Positions 51,455-64,000 of a stretch of 64,000 nt of DNA are shown here, one piece after another. Location of the stretch: NCBI RefSeq assembly GCF_963921235.1, contig NC_086107.1:110114001-110178000 (forward strand). Direction: 5' to 3'. The stretch is from Mobula hypostoma (Eukaryota). The notes beneath the pieces are model-generated. The model was given only the letters and a program-made list of their open reading frames with translations, did not search any database and was not told where the DNA came from. Positions within the stretch are counted from its first letter, which is position 1. The number at the start of each line of letters is the position of its first letter. A program made the position numbers and the translations under genes.

Positions 51455-52900
51455 ACTCTTCAAGAAGGCAGGGAGGCAAAAGAAAGGAAATTATAGGCCA
51501 GTTAGTCTGACCTCAAAGGTTGAGAAGATGTTGGAGTCGAACGTTAAGGATGTGGTTTCCGGGTACTTGGAGGCACATGATAAAATAGGCTGAAGTCAGC
51601 ATGGTTTCCTTAAGGGAAAATCTTGCCTGACAAATCTGTTTAACAAGCAGGCTAGACAAAGGAGAATTGGTGGATGTTGTGTATTTGAATTTTTAAAAGG
51701 CCTTTGACAAGGTGTCACACATGAGGCTGCTCAACAAGTTAAGAGCCAAGTTAAGAGCCCATGGTATTACAGGAAAGACACTAGCATGGATAGAGCAACA
51801 CACATCAAAGTTGCCGGTGAATGCAGCAGGCCAGGCAGCATCTCTAGGAAGAGGTACAGTCGACGTTTCAGGCCGAGATCCTTTGTCAGGACTAACTGAA
51901 GGAAGAGCTAGTAAGAGATTTGAAAGTGGGAGGGGGAGGGGGAGATCCAAAATGACAGGAGAAGACAGGAGGGGGAGGGATGAAGCCAAGAGCTGGACAG
52001 GTGATTGGCAAAGGGGATATGAGAGGATCATGGGACAGGAGGCCCAGGGAGAAGGAAAAGGGGAGGGGGGGAACCCAGAGGATGGGCAAGGGGTATAGTC
52101 AGAGGGACAGAGGGAGAAAAAGGAGAGAGAGAGAAAGAATGTGTGTATATAAATAAGTAACAGATGGGGTATGAGGGGGAGGTGAGGCATTAGCAGAAGT
52201 TAGAGAAGTCGATGTTCATGCCATCAGGTTGGAGGCTACCCAGACGGAATATAAGGTGTTGTTCCTCCAACCTGAGTGTGGCTTCATCTTTACAGTACAG
52301 GAGGCCGTGGATGGACATATCAGAATGGGAATGGGGCGTGGAATTAAAATGTGTGGCCACTGGGAGATCCTGCTTTCTCTGGCGGACAGAGCGTAGGTGT
52401 TCAGCAAAACGATCTCCCAGTCTGCGTCGGGTCTCACCAATATATAGAAGGCCACATCGGGAGCACCGGACGCAGTATATCACCCCAGCTGACTCACAGG
52501 TGAAGTGGATAGAGCATTGGCTGATTGACAGGAGGCAAAGACTGGGGATAAAAGGAGCCTTTTCTGGTTGGCTGCTACTGGATCAGTGCTTTTCTCTTTG
52601 GTGTGAAGGGGGATGAGGGGTGACTTGATAAGAGGAGTACAGATGATGAGGCATAGATAGAGCAGACAGCTAGAGGATTTTTTCCCCCAAGAGTGGTGGG
52701 TGCGTGGAACACTCTACTGGGGTGGTGATAGAGACAGATACATTAGTGGCATTTAAGAAACTCTTAGATAGGCAAACGGATGATAGGAAACTGGAAGGTT
52801 ATGTAGGAGGGAAGGGTTAAATTGATCTTAAAGTAGTTTATAAGTTTGGCACACTATTGTGGGCTGAAGGGTCTGTACTGAGCTGTAATTTCTATGTGTT
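51455..52900 (+). mobile_element. CR1 LINE fragments hosting a Penelope insertion
   Basis: GNYRPVSLTS...AHGITGKTLAWIE | HWLIDRRQR continues across the insertion. Confidence 0.85.
51798..52505 (-). mobile_element. young Penelope-like element, intact GIY-YIG domain (ORF 52190-52483)
   Basis: IYCVRCSRCGLLYIGETRRRLGDRFAEHLRS...EEQHLIFRLGSLQPDGMN; 11-bp duplication tggatagagca (51787-51797, 52506-52516). Confidence 0.93.
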
Positions 52901-53103
52901 AAATCTGCAAGCAATTACTTTAAGTTTTTAAAGAAATTTCTAAAAAAATTTCAAGCATTTGGATTAAACATCTTTATGATCTTCAAATCATAATGACACA
53001 GTATTACACTATAAGATTGAGATGTAGAGTCATTGTTTCCGGTATGACGTTGTCCGAACTGTTGAATAATTCTAATTTTATCACAAACATTTCTACGATT
53101 TAC

Positions 53104-53274
53104 CATTTCGTATTTGTAGGTTGAGCGCTGAAACATGTTCTTGGTTCTCTGGATGTACAACAAGATATTGGCAAACACACGGATCGAATCCTGGTAACGG
53201 CGCATCATCAAATAGGCAAAGCCCACGTAGTAATAGGTCGTGACTTGACATTCTGGCACCCGTGAGTACATACT
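53104..53274 (-). CDS. EIF3L: eIF3 subunit L, coding exon
   Basis: SMYSRVPECQVTTYYYVGFAYLMMRRYQDSIRVFANILLYIQRTKNMFQRSTYKYEM; AG/GT; 171 bp. Confidence 0.96.
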
Positions 53275-54104
53275 CTGCAATGGAAGCAAACACCAGACTT
53301 CAAATATCTTTATAACAATGCTTTCACAATTTTCTAAACCACGTATTTGGTGGCAAGAATCCATTTAAGTTCTTTGAGCAATCTAGTTCCCTACAAATCT
53401 GCAAGTCATTGTGAATTATTGATTTGTGACATTGTCCCTTGATCAGGGTGCTGAGAGGGCAACAACTGATTAATGATTGTTCTACTTCTTATCTGCTGTG
53501 ATCACTACAAGCAGGAATAGTTATTACCCATCAACCATCAGGCTCTTGAACCAGAGAGGATAGCCTCACTCACCTCATCACTGAACTGTTTCCACTGATC
53601 TGGACTCACTTTCAAGGACTCTTCATCTCATGTTCTTGATATTTATTGCTTATTATTATTTTTTTCCTTTTGCACATTGGTTGTTGTCTGTCCTGTTGGA
53701 TGTGATCTTTCATTGGTTCTATTGTGTTTCTTGTATTTACTGTGATTGCCCTCAAGAATGATCCTCGTCACCCAGGATATGCCCCCTTCTCGTTACCATC
53801 AGGGAGGAGGTACAGGAGCCTGAAGGCACACACTCACCGTTTCGGAAACAGCTTCTTCCCCTCTGCCATCAGATTTCTGAATGGACAATGAACCCATGTA
53901 CACTACTTCAACATTTTTCTCCTTGCATTATATATACATTTCTTACTGTAATGTATAGTTTTTTTTATGTATTACACTGCACTGCTGCTGCAAAACAACA
54001 AATTTAATGACAAATGCCAGTGATATTAAACCTGATTCTGACATTTACAAGTGTAATTTCAATCAGTAGGATATCCAATATCAATGAAATGAAACATACA
54101 ATAC

Positions 54105-54259
54105 CTTTTTATTGAGTTCGATGTTCTCAAGCACTTTAATGGCCTGATAGTAATCCCCAAGAAGTGAATGGAGACGCAGTAGGCCCACTAAACTAAAATA
54201 ACCCAGCATTTTATACAGGGAGTGACGACCATACTCCCCAGCGACACTCTCAGGGTCTC
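54105..54259 (-). CDS. EIF3L: eIF3 subunit L, coding exon
   Basis: [56 protein letters not shown]; 155 bp. Confidence 0.96.
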
Positions 54260-54558
54260 CTGTAAACAAACAATGGGAGACATTAACTCCAGAGTGAATG
54301 CAAATACTCAGACCATTTAGTTTTAACTAGCACAATCTTGTTATAATTACTTTGTGGGAGAATGTTGTTTGTAAAGAGGATTTCAAAAGCAGCTAATTAT
54401 TAGCTAATCAAAACAGATTCTGAGAATGCTGGCAATCCAGAGCAACACAAATGCTGGAGAAACTCAACAGGTCGGGCAGCATCTATGGAAAGGAATAAAC
54501 AATTGATGCGTTGGGCTGAGACCCCTCATGAGGATTTTGATGAGCTAATTAGTTAATT

Positions 54559-54744
54559 TGCTGGCCAGTGGTGTAGTGGTATCAGCATCAGACTTTGAGG
54601 CGAGTGGTCCTGGGTTCGAATCCGCTTTCCATCCAAGCGTCGAGCTAGCAACTCGGTCTCGTAAAAAAGAGACAAAAATGCTAAAGAAATGGCAAAGTTG
54701 CTGCCTGATGCCACAAGGTGCGGAGAGGAACAACAACAAACATC
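54559..54744 (+). mobile_element. tRNA-derived SINE
   Basis: A box tggtgtagtgg, B box ggttcgaatcc, (aac)n tail; near-duplication aatt(a/g)gttaatt (54547-54558, 54745-54756). Confidence 0.85.
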
Positions 54745-56493
54745 AATTGGTTAATTATTAGCTAAGCTTTCTGATGTGCCCAGTATCATGAAAGACGCTG
54801 CAGGAAAGTGAAAATCAAGGTCTGGGATGGCACTGCATTTGAAGTGTGACAGGTATAATTAGTGGATGAATACAAGAAAACGTTCGAACTATGAATTAGG
54901 TAGACGCACAAAGTTAACCACAAGTTTGAAAAATACAACATAAAACTCAGATTGGAGAATCCATCATTCTGCATGTTAACAAAAGCTTGGTTTACTGCCC
55001 AGAGGGAAACGCCGTATCTCTTGCACTGCAATGCCGCTGCAAAGCAACAAGCTTCACAACATCGTATATCAATGACACTAAACCTGACTCCTTTGAACTC
55101 TCCCCCTCTTACCTTACAGCAAAGCTTGACGTGTATAAAGATCCACTTTATTTGTGATATGCACATCGAAACGCAGTGAAACGCGTCGTCTGCATCAATG
55201 ACCAACACAGTTTGAGGACGTGCTGGGGGCAGCCTGCAGGGGTCACCATGTTTTCCGGTGCCCACAACCTACTAATCTTAACCTGTACATCTTCAGACTG
55301 TGGGAGGAAACCGGAGCACCAGGGGAAAGTCCACACGGTCACAGGGAGAATGTACAAACTCCTCACATGCAGTGGTGGTAATTGAACCCTATCGCTGGTG
55401 TTGTAAAGTGTGGGGCTAACTGCTATGCTACCGTACTTCTGCAGGGATAAGGATGAAAGACATTGCCACTTTGGGATAAAGTTTCTTAGTATCTACCATA
55501 TCTATGCTTTTTTATGATTTCATATACTTCTGTTAAGTCACTCTTTACCCTCCAAGGGTCTAGAGAAAACACAAGTGTTTCCAATATCTTTTTCTACCTA
55601 ATATTTAGATATACTTAAAGCTGAGGTTGATAGGCTCTTGATTAGTCAGAGCATTAAATGTTACTGGGAGAAGGCAACAGCATGGAGTTGAGGGATAATC
55701 AATCAGCTATGATAGAATGGTGGAGCAGACTTGATGGGCTGAATGGCCTAATTCTGCTTCTAGCTCTTATGGTCTCTCATCTAGATGATATCCTGGTGAA
55801 AACTACTTCTACAGTGTCTCCATGGCCTCCACATCCTTCCTGAAACGCAGGAACAGGAATTGTAGACAAAACTTCAAATGTGGCCCAACCTAAATATGCA
55901 GCCACAATGTGACCTCACAACCTCACCGATGAAGGCAAGTATACTTAAATTAGGTGAATGCTGCTTATATGATGCTATGTGCTGGCGATGCTGTTGCAAG
56001 TAAGATTTTCATTGCACCTGTGCATACAATAACTTTGAGTTGGACATATAGGTTTATAGTTTGTTATATACCCATCAAAACACTAATATGGATAAATGTT
56101 TCTGTGCAGAAAACGAAGATGATTTAAATATTTCCAAAGAGTGCATAGACCAAGCAGCAATAGAGGACAGCGGTTATCGCGACACCATTATCGCTTGGGG
56201 TGTCAGAGTTCAGAGTTCAATCCTGGCGTCCTCTGTTCAGAGTTTGTACGTCCAGCCTGTGGAATGCATGGGTGTTTCCTCCCACAGTCTAAACACATGT
56301 GGGTTAGTAGGTTAATTGGTCATTGTAAATTGCCCTGTGACTAGGTTAGGGTTAAATCGGGGGTTGCTGAATAGCTTGGCTCAAAGGGCCAGAAGGGCCG
56401 ATTCCGAACTTTTTCTCTAAATGACTAAAAAGCGAATGAATTAAAGGGAAGACAAGCACAATCTTCACAGAACAGAGAACCATCAATACTTGC

Positions 56494-56665
56494 CTCCACT
56501 AGTGTAGACTTCTAGTTGACGGTTAATATTAGACTTATCCACCAGGGAATGCAAGACGTTGAGGACACTGTGAACATTCCAGATTTTTGGATTTGACCGC
56601 AGGAATTCAATCTCCTCCTCTGTCTTCTTGGCTGTTTTACAGCGGTACTGACTGAAAGATTGGAA
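56494..56665 (-). CDS. EIF3L: eIF3 subunit L, coding exon (GC donor)
   Basis: FQSFSQYRCKTAKKTEEEIEFLRSNPKIWNVHSVLNVLHSLVDKSNINRQLEVYTSG; donor reads GAG|GCAAGT; 172 bp. Confidence 0.93.
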
Positions 56666-57911
56666 CTGTGCAGAGAAACAGATAACAAGTTGGAAATGGA
56701 AGCATTCCAACCTTGGGTCAGATCAAATAGACACAGCAATAAATTTCCACAGGAAATGGCAGGAGGGACACATCGAAAGTTAGACATTTCTATCTGTAAT
56801 CCAACCAAATGATTTAGTTTTGCTCTGTAAACAAACTTCCACTTGGCTCTGTTCAAAAGCAGATTTAGACCCTTGAGTCGGCAGTCAGACCAGATCAGTG
56901 TTGCAGAGGTTAGAAGCAAATACTGTTCATTAATGTAAATACTAAGAAAAATATTGGAATACTTAAAATATTGTGTTCAGTTCTGGTCACCTCATTTTAG
57001 GAAGGATGTGGAAGCTTTAGAGAGGAGATATACCAGGATGCTGCCTGGATTAGAGAGCGTATCTTATGAGAATAGGTTGAATGAGCTACGGCTTTTCTCT
57101 TTGGTGTGAAGGAGGATGACAGATGACTTGATGGAGGTGTACAAGATGATAAGAGGCACAGATGAAATAGATAGAAACAACATGGAATTGGCTAATCCAA
57201 GGGGCCATAATTTTAAGGTAATTAAAGGAAAGTATAGTGGGGGGGGGATATCAGAGTAAGTTTTTTTTTTACAAACAGATTGGTCGATGCGTGGAACGCC
57301 CTGCTAGGGGTGGTGGTAGAATCAGATACATTAGAGGCCAGAAAGTCTTAGATAGACATGTGGATGATAGAAAAATAGAGGGCTATATAGAAGGAAAGAG
57401 TTAGATTAATTTTAAGAGTAGGTTACAAGAATAGCACATTTTGGGCCGGAGGCCTGTACTGTGCTGTAATGTTCTATGTTCTAAATGAAAGGCTTAACTA
57501 GCTGTCATTATGTCCCCTGCTTTATAATGCAGTGTTTCATACGAATTCCTTTTTTTTCAAAGAAGGAAAATCCACAAGATGTACTTTGGACTAAAGCCAA
57601 AACTATTCTAGATTTTAAGACTTGTTTTAAAAATCGGCAGTCAGATTGTGGTTCTAGAGGCACAGAACTCAGATAGCACTTTACAAAAAATAAGCCTTGT
57701 GTTCACGGCCAGCCGTGAGTTCCAGTGACAGCCAAAACAAGATGCCAGGTACGGACAGCAAACACTGCAGAACCACACGTACAGGAGCAGCCGAAAGTGA
57801 ATCAACACCCAGCCTGCTCTGCAAACACGCAAGTCCTACTTGAAACGGAAAGGAGATGCGCTTATGGTTGATATCCAGGCAAGTTAACATGAAGAAAAGG
57901 TGGAAAGTCAC

Positions 57912-57985
57912 CTGGTAAATGAACTCATCAATGATGTCCCATAGCCACTGATTGGGGAGTTCTAGGGGAACAGGACCATCGGCAT
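57912..57985 (-). CDS. EIF3L: eIF3 subunit L, coding exon
   Basis: NADGPVPLELPNQWLWDIIDEFIYQ; AG/GT; 74 bp. Confidence 0.95.
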
Positions 57986-58577
57986 CTAAAGGGATGACAA
58001 AAATATTTTAAAAATGAGTTAAAAAAATGTAGATCTGGTTGTAAGCTATTATATGAAGTAGCAGACTCCAATGAGAAGATTATACATGAAGGAATTATTG
58101 ACTCCAAATACTCTTTGATAGCAACAAACACACAAAATGCTGTGAGCAGTTTTGGGTCCCTTATCTAAGAAAGGATGTGCTGGCATTGGAGCGAGTTCAA
58201 AGGAGGTTCATGAAAATGATCACGGGATTGAAAGGCTTGTCCTATGAGGAGTGTTTGATCGCTCTGGGCCTCTTCTCACGAGAATTCAGAAGAATGAGGG
58301 GTGACCCAAATCTTGCTAACATCGCATTTGTCTTCCTTACCACTGATTAAACCAGCAAGTTAACTTTTAGGAAATCCTGCACGAGGACTCCTGAATCCCT
58401 TTGTGCTACAACTGTAAGATATACTCTTAGAATTTAAGGCATATTTCCAGTTACTCAACCCTGCTCCCAGCATGCCATATCATCCAGACTGGCAATCCCT
58501 TCGACTGTAACACAACTAGATATGACAATGTAATTATTAAATCTTTGCCAAATTCCTCCCTTTCTTTGGGAGCAGGA

Positions 58578-58787
58578 TGGCCAGCCAGTGGCGTAGTGGC
58601 ATCAGCACCAGACTTAGAGACAAGTAGTCCCGGGTTCGAATCTGGCTGGCTCCTTACACGCTCTCCATCCGTGCTGGGTTGAGCATCAAGCTACAAACTC
58701 GGTGTCATAAAAAACAGACAAAATGCTAAAGAAACGGCAAAGCTCCCACTCAATGTGCCACAAGGAGCAGAGAGGAATAACAAAAAA
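58578..58787 (+). mobile_element. tRNA-derived SINE, same family as 54559-54744
   Basis: A box tggcgtagtgg, B box ggttcgaatc; 13-bp duplication tttgggag(c/t)agga (58565-58577, 58788-58800). Confidence 0.88.
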
Positions 58788-58881
58788 TTTGGGAGTAGGA
58801 GGGGCAAGTGAGAGAAAGGGGTCAGATATGGGTCCTCTAGAATGAAGAGAAACTGAATAGCTATTTCACTAAAATACTTAC

Positions 58882-58951
58882 TGAGAATGTAGTTGAACAG
58901 ATTGCAGTAGTTGTAGTAAGATTCAAACCTCTGTTCCAATGTAGGTCCACC
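58882..58951 (-). CDS. EIF3L: eIF3 subunit L, coding exon
   Basis: GGPTLEQRFESYYNYCNLFNYIL; AG/GT; 70 bp. Confidence 0.95.
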
Positions 58952-60660
58952 CTAGGGAGTACAAGAAATATTTAATGATAAAGAAACATCACAGATGCAC
59001 TAAGTTATGCATTAAAAATATAATTTAATGAACTGTCAATGTATCTGTCTCACAGGTCCAGGGACCCATGTTCATCTGATCTCAGATGCCATCTGTGCAG
59101 TTTGAACATTCCCTGCGGCCCCCAATCAGCTTCTCACGGGTGCTGCAGTTTCCTTGCACATCCCAAAAATATGTTAGTAGGTTAAGTCGCTACCATAAAT
59201 TATCCCTTCAGCTTAAATTTAATGGCAAAAAGGATCCAAGGGGTGTTGAAGGACATGCAGTATAGAATAAGTTGGAGGATTGGAGGATTAGAGAAACAAG
59301 AATGGTACCAAGATGAGGCCACTCTCAGTGTGGAGGAGCAACACCTTATATTCTGTCCCTTCAACCAAATGGCGTGAATATTGATTTCTCCTTCCAGTAA
59401 ACAAAATCCTTCCCCCCCCCACCCCCTTCCTCTATTCCCCATTCTGACTTTTTAACTGCTTCTCACGTGCCTATACTTACCGCTGGGTCCCCTCCTCCTT
59501 CCCTTTCTCCTAAGGTCCACTCTCCTCCCCCCCATCAGATTCATTCCTCTCTAGCCCTTAACGTTTCCCAACCACCTGGCTTCCCCCCCCCCACTCCCTT
59601 CCACTCCCCCCACCTCTCCCCACTTCCTTCTCAGTCCGGAAGAAGGGTCTCGGCCTGAAAGGTTGACTGTATATTCATTTTCATAGATGCTGCCTGACCT
59701 GCTAAGCTCCTGCGGCATTTTGTGTGTTATGCTTTGGATTTTCAGCATCTGCAGACTTTCTTGTGTTTACGGGGCCAATAGGATTGCTCCCATGAGCCAG
59801 ATTCATTCATAGCCCCTCTCAGTACAAGAACAAGATAACATTGTCCAAAACATAAAATCTATCAATACTCAACTAAAAATGTCAAATCTTCCACAATCTA
59901 ATACTAAATCATGGCCTGGTATGGAAACATCAATGCCCTTAAATGGAAAAGCCTACAAAAAGTAGTGGATACAGCCCAGTCCATCACAGTAAAAGCCCTC
60001 CCCACCATTGAGCACATCTACAAGGAGCGCTGTCACAGGAAACCAACATCAAGGATCCCCACCATTCAGGCCATGCTCTTTTCCTGCTGCTGCCACCGGG
60101 AAGGAGTTATAGGAGCCTCAGGCCTCCTCACATAACCATGTTCAGGAATAGTTACTAACCCTCAACCATCAGGCACTTGAACTAAATAGGATAACTCAAC
60201 TTCATTTGCCCCATCACTTAAATGTTACCACAACCTATGGACTTACTTTCAAGAACTCTTCATCTCATGTTCTTAATATTCACTGCTTATTTATTTTTCT
60301 TTCTTTTTATATTTGCACGATTTGTTGTCTTTTGCACACCGGTTGAATGCCTGAGTTGGCACAGTCTTTCATTGGCTCTATTATGGTTATTATTCTATAC
60401 ATTGACTATGTCCTCAAGATACTGAGTCTCAGGATTGTATATGGTGACATATATGTACTTTGATAGTAAATTTACTTTGAACGTACAGTTTCATGTCTCT
60501 AAAGTAAAATGTGACTTTGTTTGTTATAACTTACAGGAACAAAAGTCGGTGCTGTTTTATTGAGCACAAATAAAAATATAAAGAAAATCCGTGTATCTAT
60601 ATGAGTAATTAAAAGCTGCTTGCAATTTTGCATGTTTAAGAAACTGAAGTAACAACTTAC

Positions 60661-60722
60661 GCTAACTTTAGCATAAATATGCCTGTAGTAGAGCTCCTTG
60701 TACAGAATAAGAAAAACGGCAT
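60661..60722 (-). CDS. EIF3L: eIF3 subunit L, coding exon
   Basis: DAVFLILYKELYYRHIYAKVS; AG/GT; 62 bp. Confidence 0.95.
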
Positions 60723-61194
60723 CTGGAACAGAGAATTAAGCATGTGAATAAAGTTACAGGCAATTGCTGGGTTACAAATGCTTGACTTATGAACACCCCA
60801 TACATAGAAATGAGCTACCACAATATTATTAAATTGAAAAGCTCAACATATTCCCAAGAATGGCAGGTCTAGTTACCTCCTACTTCCACAGATGTATCTT
60901 GGAGAGCACTCTGGCTGCATTTGTGTTTTTTTTTAAATTTAAAAAATAGTGGCTACAGTTCAAAAGCACAAATTAGATCAAACTAAGGAAAGAATCTGGT
61001 TTAATTTGGGGGCAAATTTTTGAGATTCCCTGAAGAAATCCCACAATGGCAAACATTTGACAGATTAAAAACAAAGAAAATGTGCATACCAAGTAGTTTT
61101 TAACAATATCAGCTAGGACAAACTATGCAAGGTTAGACTACATTTTATAGGAGTATTTCATCAAGTAATATCAATTTCAGAACTGAAATCCTAC

Positions 61195-61274
61195 CATTTC
61201 GACATATGGAGGCAATAGCTTCTGCTTCTGGCCAGGGAGAGTTTTTGAAGAATCTCTCGGTCAGTTTATTCCAG
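61195..61274 (-). CDS. EIF3L: eIF3 subunit L, coding exon
   Basis: SWNKLTERFFKNSPWPEAEAIASICRN; AG/GT; 80 bp; phase matches neighbours. Confidence 0.93.
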
Positions 61275-61325
61275 CTGAAGAAGCGTAATAGGGGAATTAA
61301 TAAACATATTGAACTATTCTTCTTT

Positions 61326-61439
61326 AACAAAATTAATCTAAAACATTAACTGCTTCTTCTACATTACTAACATAAAGGCATCAACAAAATTAATCTAAAA
61401 CATTAACTGCTTCTTCTACATTACTAACATAAAGGCATC
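61326..61439. repeat. perfect 57-bp tandem duplication
   Basis: aacaaaattaatctaaaacattaactgcttcttctacattactaacataaaggcatc twice (61326-61382, 61383-61439). Confidence 0.95.
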
Positions 61440-61741
61440 TGTTAGTCTTGCGAGACCATGGATCTGCGCTCGGAAAGTCTTCACTCTCCAGGGTGCAGGC
61501 CTGGGCAAGGTTATATGGAAGACCAGCAGTTGCCCATGCTGCAAGTCTCCCCTCTCCACAACACCGATGTTGTCCAAAGGAAGGGCATTAGGACCCATAC
61601 AGCTTGGCACCAGTGTCGTCGCAGAGCAGCGTGTGATTAAGCGCCTTGCTCAAAGACACAACACGTTTCCTCGGCTGGGGCTCGAACTCAGAACCTTCAG
61701 GTCGCTAGTCCAATGCCTTAACCACTTGGCCACGTGCCCTC
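61432..61741 (-). mobile_element. tRNA-derived SINE in EIF3L intron
   Basis: Head GGGCACGTGGCCAAGTGGTTAAGGC...GAGTTCGAGCCCC; duplication acattact(a/g)acata (61418-61431, 61742-61755). Confidence 0.88.
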
Positions 61742-61789
61742 ACATTACTGACATACAAGCATATAAAAGCGTGCTATTAATATTTGTAC

Positions 61790-62000
61790 CTGTTTTCATA
61801 GATATCCTGAATCTCATAAAGCTTCTGTTCGATCACATCACTGGACACGCGGTTGGACTGTAGTTCGTAGACTTTCTGGTCAATCAGGTCCGTGACAGTT
61901 TTGTGGAAATATTGGATGAAATTTTTTATTACTTCAGGGATCACGTGGTACGTTTGCTGTTCATACTGTCGCTCATAAGCAAGGTCCTGCTTGGGATCTC
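61790..62000 (-). CDS. EIF3L: eIF3 subunit L, coding exon (first visible; upstream exons lie beyond the window)
   Basis: Encodes GDPKQDLAYERQYEQQTYHVIPEVIKNFIQYFHKTVTDLIDQKVYELQSNRVSSDVIEQKLYEIQDIYEN; bounded by AG and GT; 211 bp. Confidence 0.96.
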
Positions 62001-63729
62001 CTGAGAACATATGTAGAATACTTTCAAAATACTTGAAAATGAACTACAAGACCATAAGATACAGAAGCAGAATTAGGCCATTTGGCCCACTGATTCTGCT
62101 CTCTCATTTCATCATGGCTGATCCATTTTCCCTCTCAGTCCCCATCTCCTGCTGTCTTCCTGTATTCCTTCATGTCCTGACCAATCAAGAATCTATTAAC
62201 CTCTGCCTTAAATGTACAGAAAGACTTGGCCTGCACAGCTGCCTGTGGCAATGAATTCCACAGATTCATGACTCTCTGGCTAGTTGAAGATTGTTCAAAT
62301 TCAACTGTGATTCGACCTTACACATGTATACAGCTAAATGAAACATCACACCTCTAGGACCAAGTTGCAAAACACAGTATATATAGTCACACACAGCAGA
62401 TATCCACTACACACAGTCACAAAATAATATTAAGACTAGTCCCTAAGTGGGACAGCCCGAAGATTGACAGTTTGACATAAAGTGTAGGGTGCATGTAGGG
62501 CAGTATGTTACTGGCACAATAATAAAACCGGCAGTTGTATAAAATGTGAAACAGCAGCAATACCAGCGTGTGTTGTCGTACCTCTCTTCCTCTTTAACAA
62601 CCCTCTACTTGTCCAGTCCAGATGAAAGGTCTCAATCCAAAACGTTGACACTCAAATGCTGCCTGACCCCCACGCAGAGCAGCACAATACAGTCACAAAA
62701 TAATATTAGCACAAATCCCTGAGTAACAAGGCTGAAGACTGATGGTGCATGGGGAGTTATCCTGGAGCCATGTTTCCGTAAGAACAAGCACACAGCAGTT
62801 CCCCATCTCGCACTGGGTCAACTGCATTTGTTATCCATAGTTGTAGTAAAGAGTGTAACTGAAATCTCTTTCTTCCAACCCCTCCAGTGCTAAAACTAAC
62901 TAATTAATGCAAAATACCAAATACTAAACTTTGGAAATTCACACTGGATGATATGGTTCAGTACTGAGGCAGAGGTAACCTCCAAATGGATACTGAAGAT
63001 CAGTATGCCACACAAGTTACAACCTACTCAACAAAGATCTCATTTCAAGCATTTTTCAGTTCTCAAATCACCATAAATTTACCTTCCTCAAACTGAGCTC
63101 TCAGCTTTTATGTAATCTAGGATTTTTTTTTAAAATTCCCACAGGTGAGAATATCAAGATTGAAAGCTCTACTAACCAACTTCATTGTCATTTTGGTAAT
63201 AAGATCATAAGGCCATAAGATATAGGAGCAAAATTAGGTCATTCGGTCATTTGAGTCTAATTGACCATTCCATCATGGCTAATTTATTATCCCTCTCAAT
63301 CCCATTCTCCTGCCGCTCCCTCTAACATTTGACACCCTTACTAACTAAGAATATATCAATTTCCGATTTAAATACTGGCCTCCACAGATTCACCTTCCGC
63401 AGGCTAAAGTAGTTCCTCCTCATATCTCTCTAAAGCGGCATCTTTCTATTCTGAGGCTGTACCCTCTGATTCTAGACGCTCCTACTATTGAAAACATCCT
63501 CTCCGCATCCGCTTTATCTAGCCCTTTCAATATTCGATAAGTTTTAATGAGACACCCCCCCCCCAACTGTTCTTCTGAACTCCAGCAAGCACAGGCCCAA
63601 AGCCATTAAACCTATTATTAACCCTTTCATTTCCAGGATCATTCTCGGGAACCTCCTCCGGACCCTCTCCGACACCAGCACATCCTTTCTATGGATAAGG
63701 GACCCAAAATAATATTCTAGGACAGCCAG

Positions 63730-64000
63730 GACAAGCAACAGAAGTTTGAAGAGGCTTGGAGGCCATTTATTCAACACTTTCATACGATGTAACTTGACTT
63801 TTTCCGAATCCTTTTTATTAACCTTAAATATATGGACAGAGGAGCGGAATTAATGACATTAATGATTGTATCCAATGTAATATAATAGCCCAGCTTTGTT
63901 TAGTTCAGTTTAGTTTTTGTTTTTTTTTTCTAATTTGGGGTTTCTTTTCTTACATTTTTTCATTTTTCTTTTTATCATGTTTAATTACATTAAGAGTTTG
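63730..64000 (+). mobile_element. L1/Tx1-like LINE 3' end
   Basis: KFEEAWRPFIQHF C-terminus followed by T-rich 3'UTR. Confidence 0.55.

Noticed and set aside
54559..54630. tRNA gene (also 58580-58650 and 61670-61740)
   Set aside because: A and B boxes are present, but there is no proper cloverleaf or acceptor stem; each continues into a shared body with tail and TSD, so these are SINE heads
45707..61789. intronic snoRNAs in EIF3L
   Set aside because: No convincing paired C/D boxes with terminal stem, or H/ACA layout, seen by eye; a snoscan or Infernal search would be needed to exclude them
39644..62000. functional link between eIF3L (reinitiation factor complex) and the uORF-controlled MIEF1 next door
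   Set aside because: Nothing in the sequence supports co-regulation; adjacency alone is not evidence
62001..64000. EIF3L exons 1-2
   Set aside because: No segment encoding the expected acidic, YDPY-like N-terminus with splice sites was found; presumed beyond the window end

Overview
Eukaryotic genomic DNA, very probably from a cartilaginous fish (ray or shark), judged from its repeats: V-SINE/HE1-like SINEs, CR1, Rex-Babar, RTE, Penelope-like and Tc1 elements. Two spliced genes lie in tandem on the minus strand. EIF3L has 13 coding exons here (62000->45671), its first exons lie beyond the window end, and one intron is GC-AG. MIEF1/MiD51 has 4 coding exons (32642->26073, 459 aa). The MIEF1 transcript is predicted to be bicistronic. 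Exon 2 (35359->35053) encodes an intact 70-aa LYR-motif microprotein (altMiD51/MIEF1-MP), preceded by two tiny uORFs. The ORFs are separated by similar 36-41 nt spacers, and there is no AUG between the microprotein start and the MiD51 start. The rest is a dense, nested mosaic of transposon fragments. The most notable is a young Penelope-like (GIY-YIG) family whose terminal repeats carry a minimal hammerhead-ribozyme motif and which leaves short palindromic insertions with 10-15 bp target-site duplications. All assignments are by eye and from recalled family knowledge; no searches were run.
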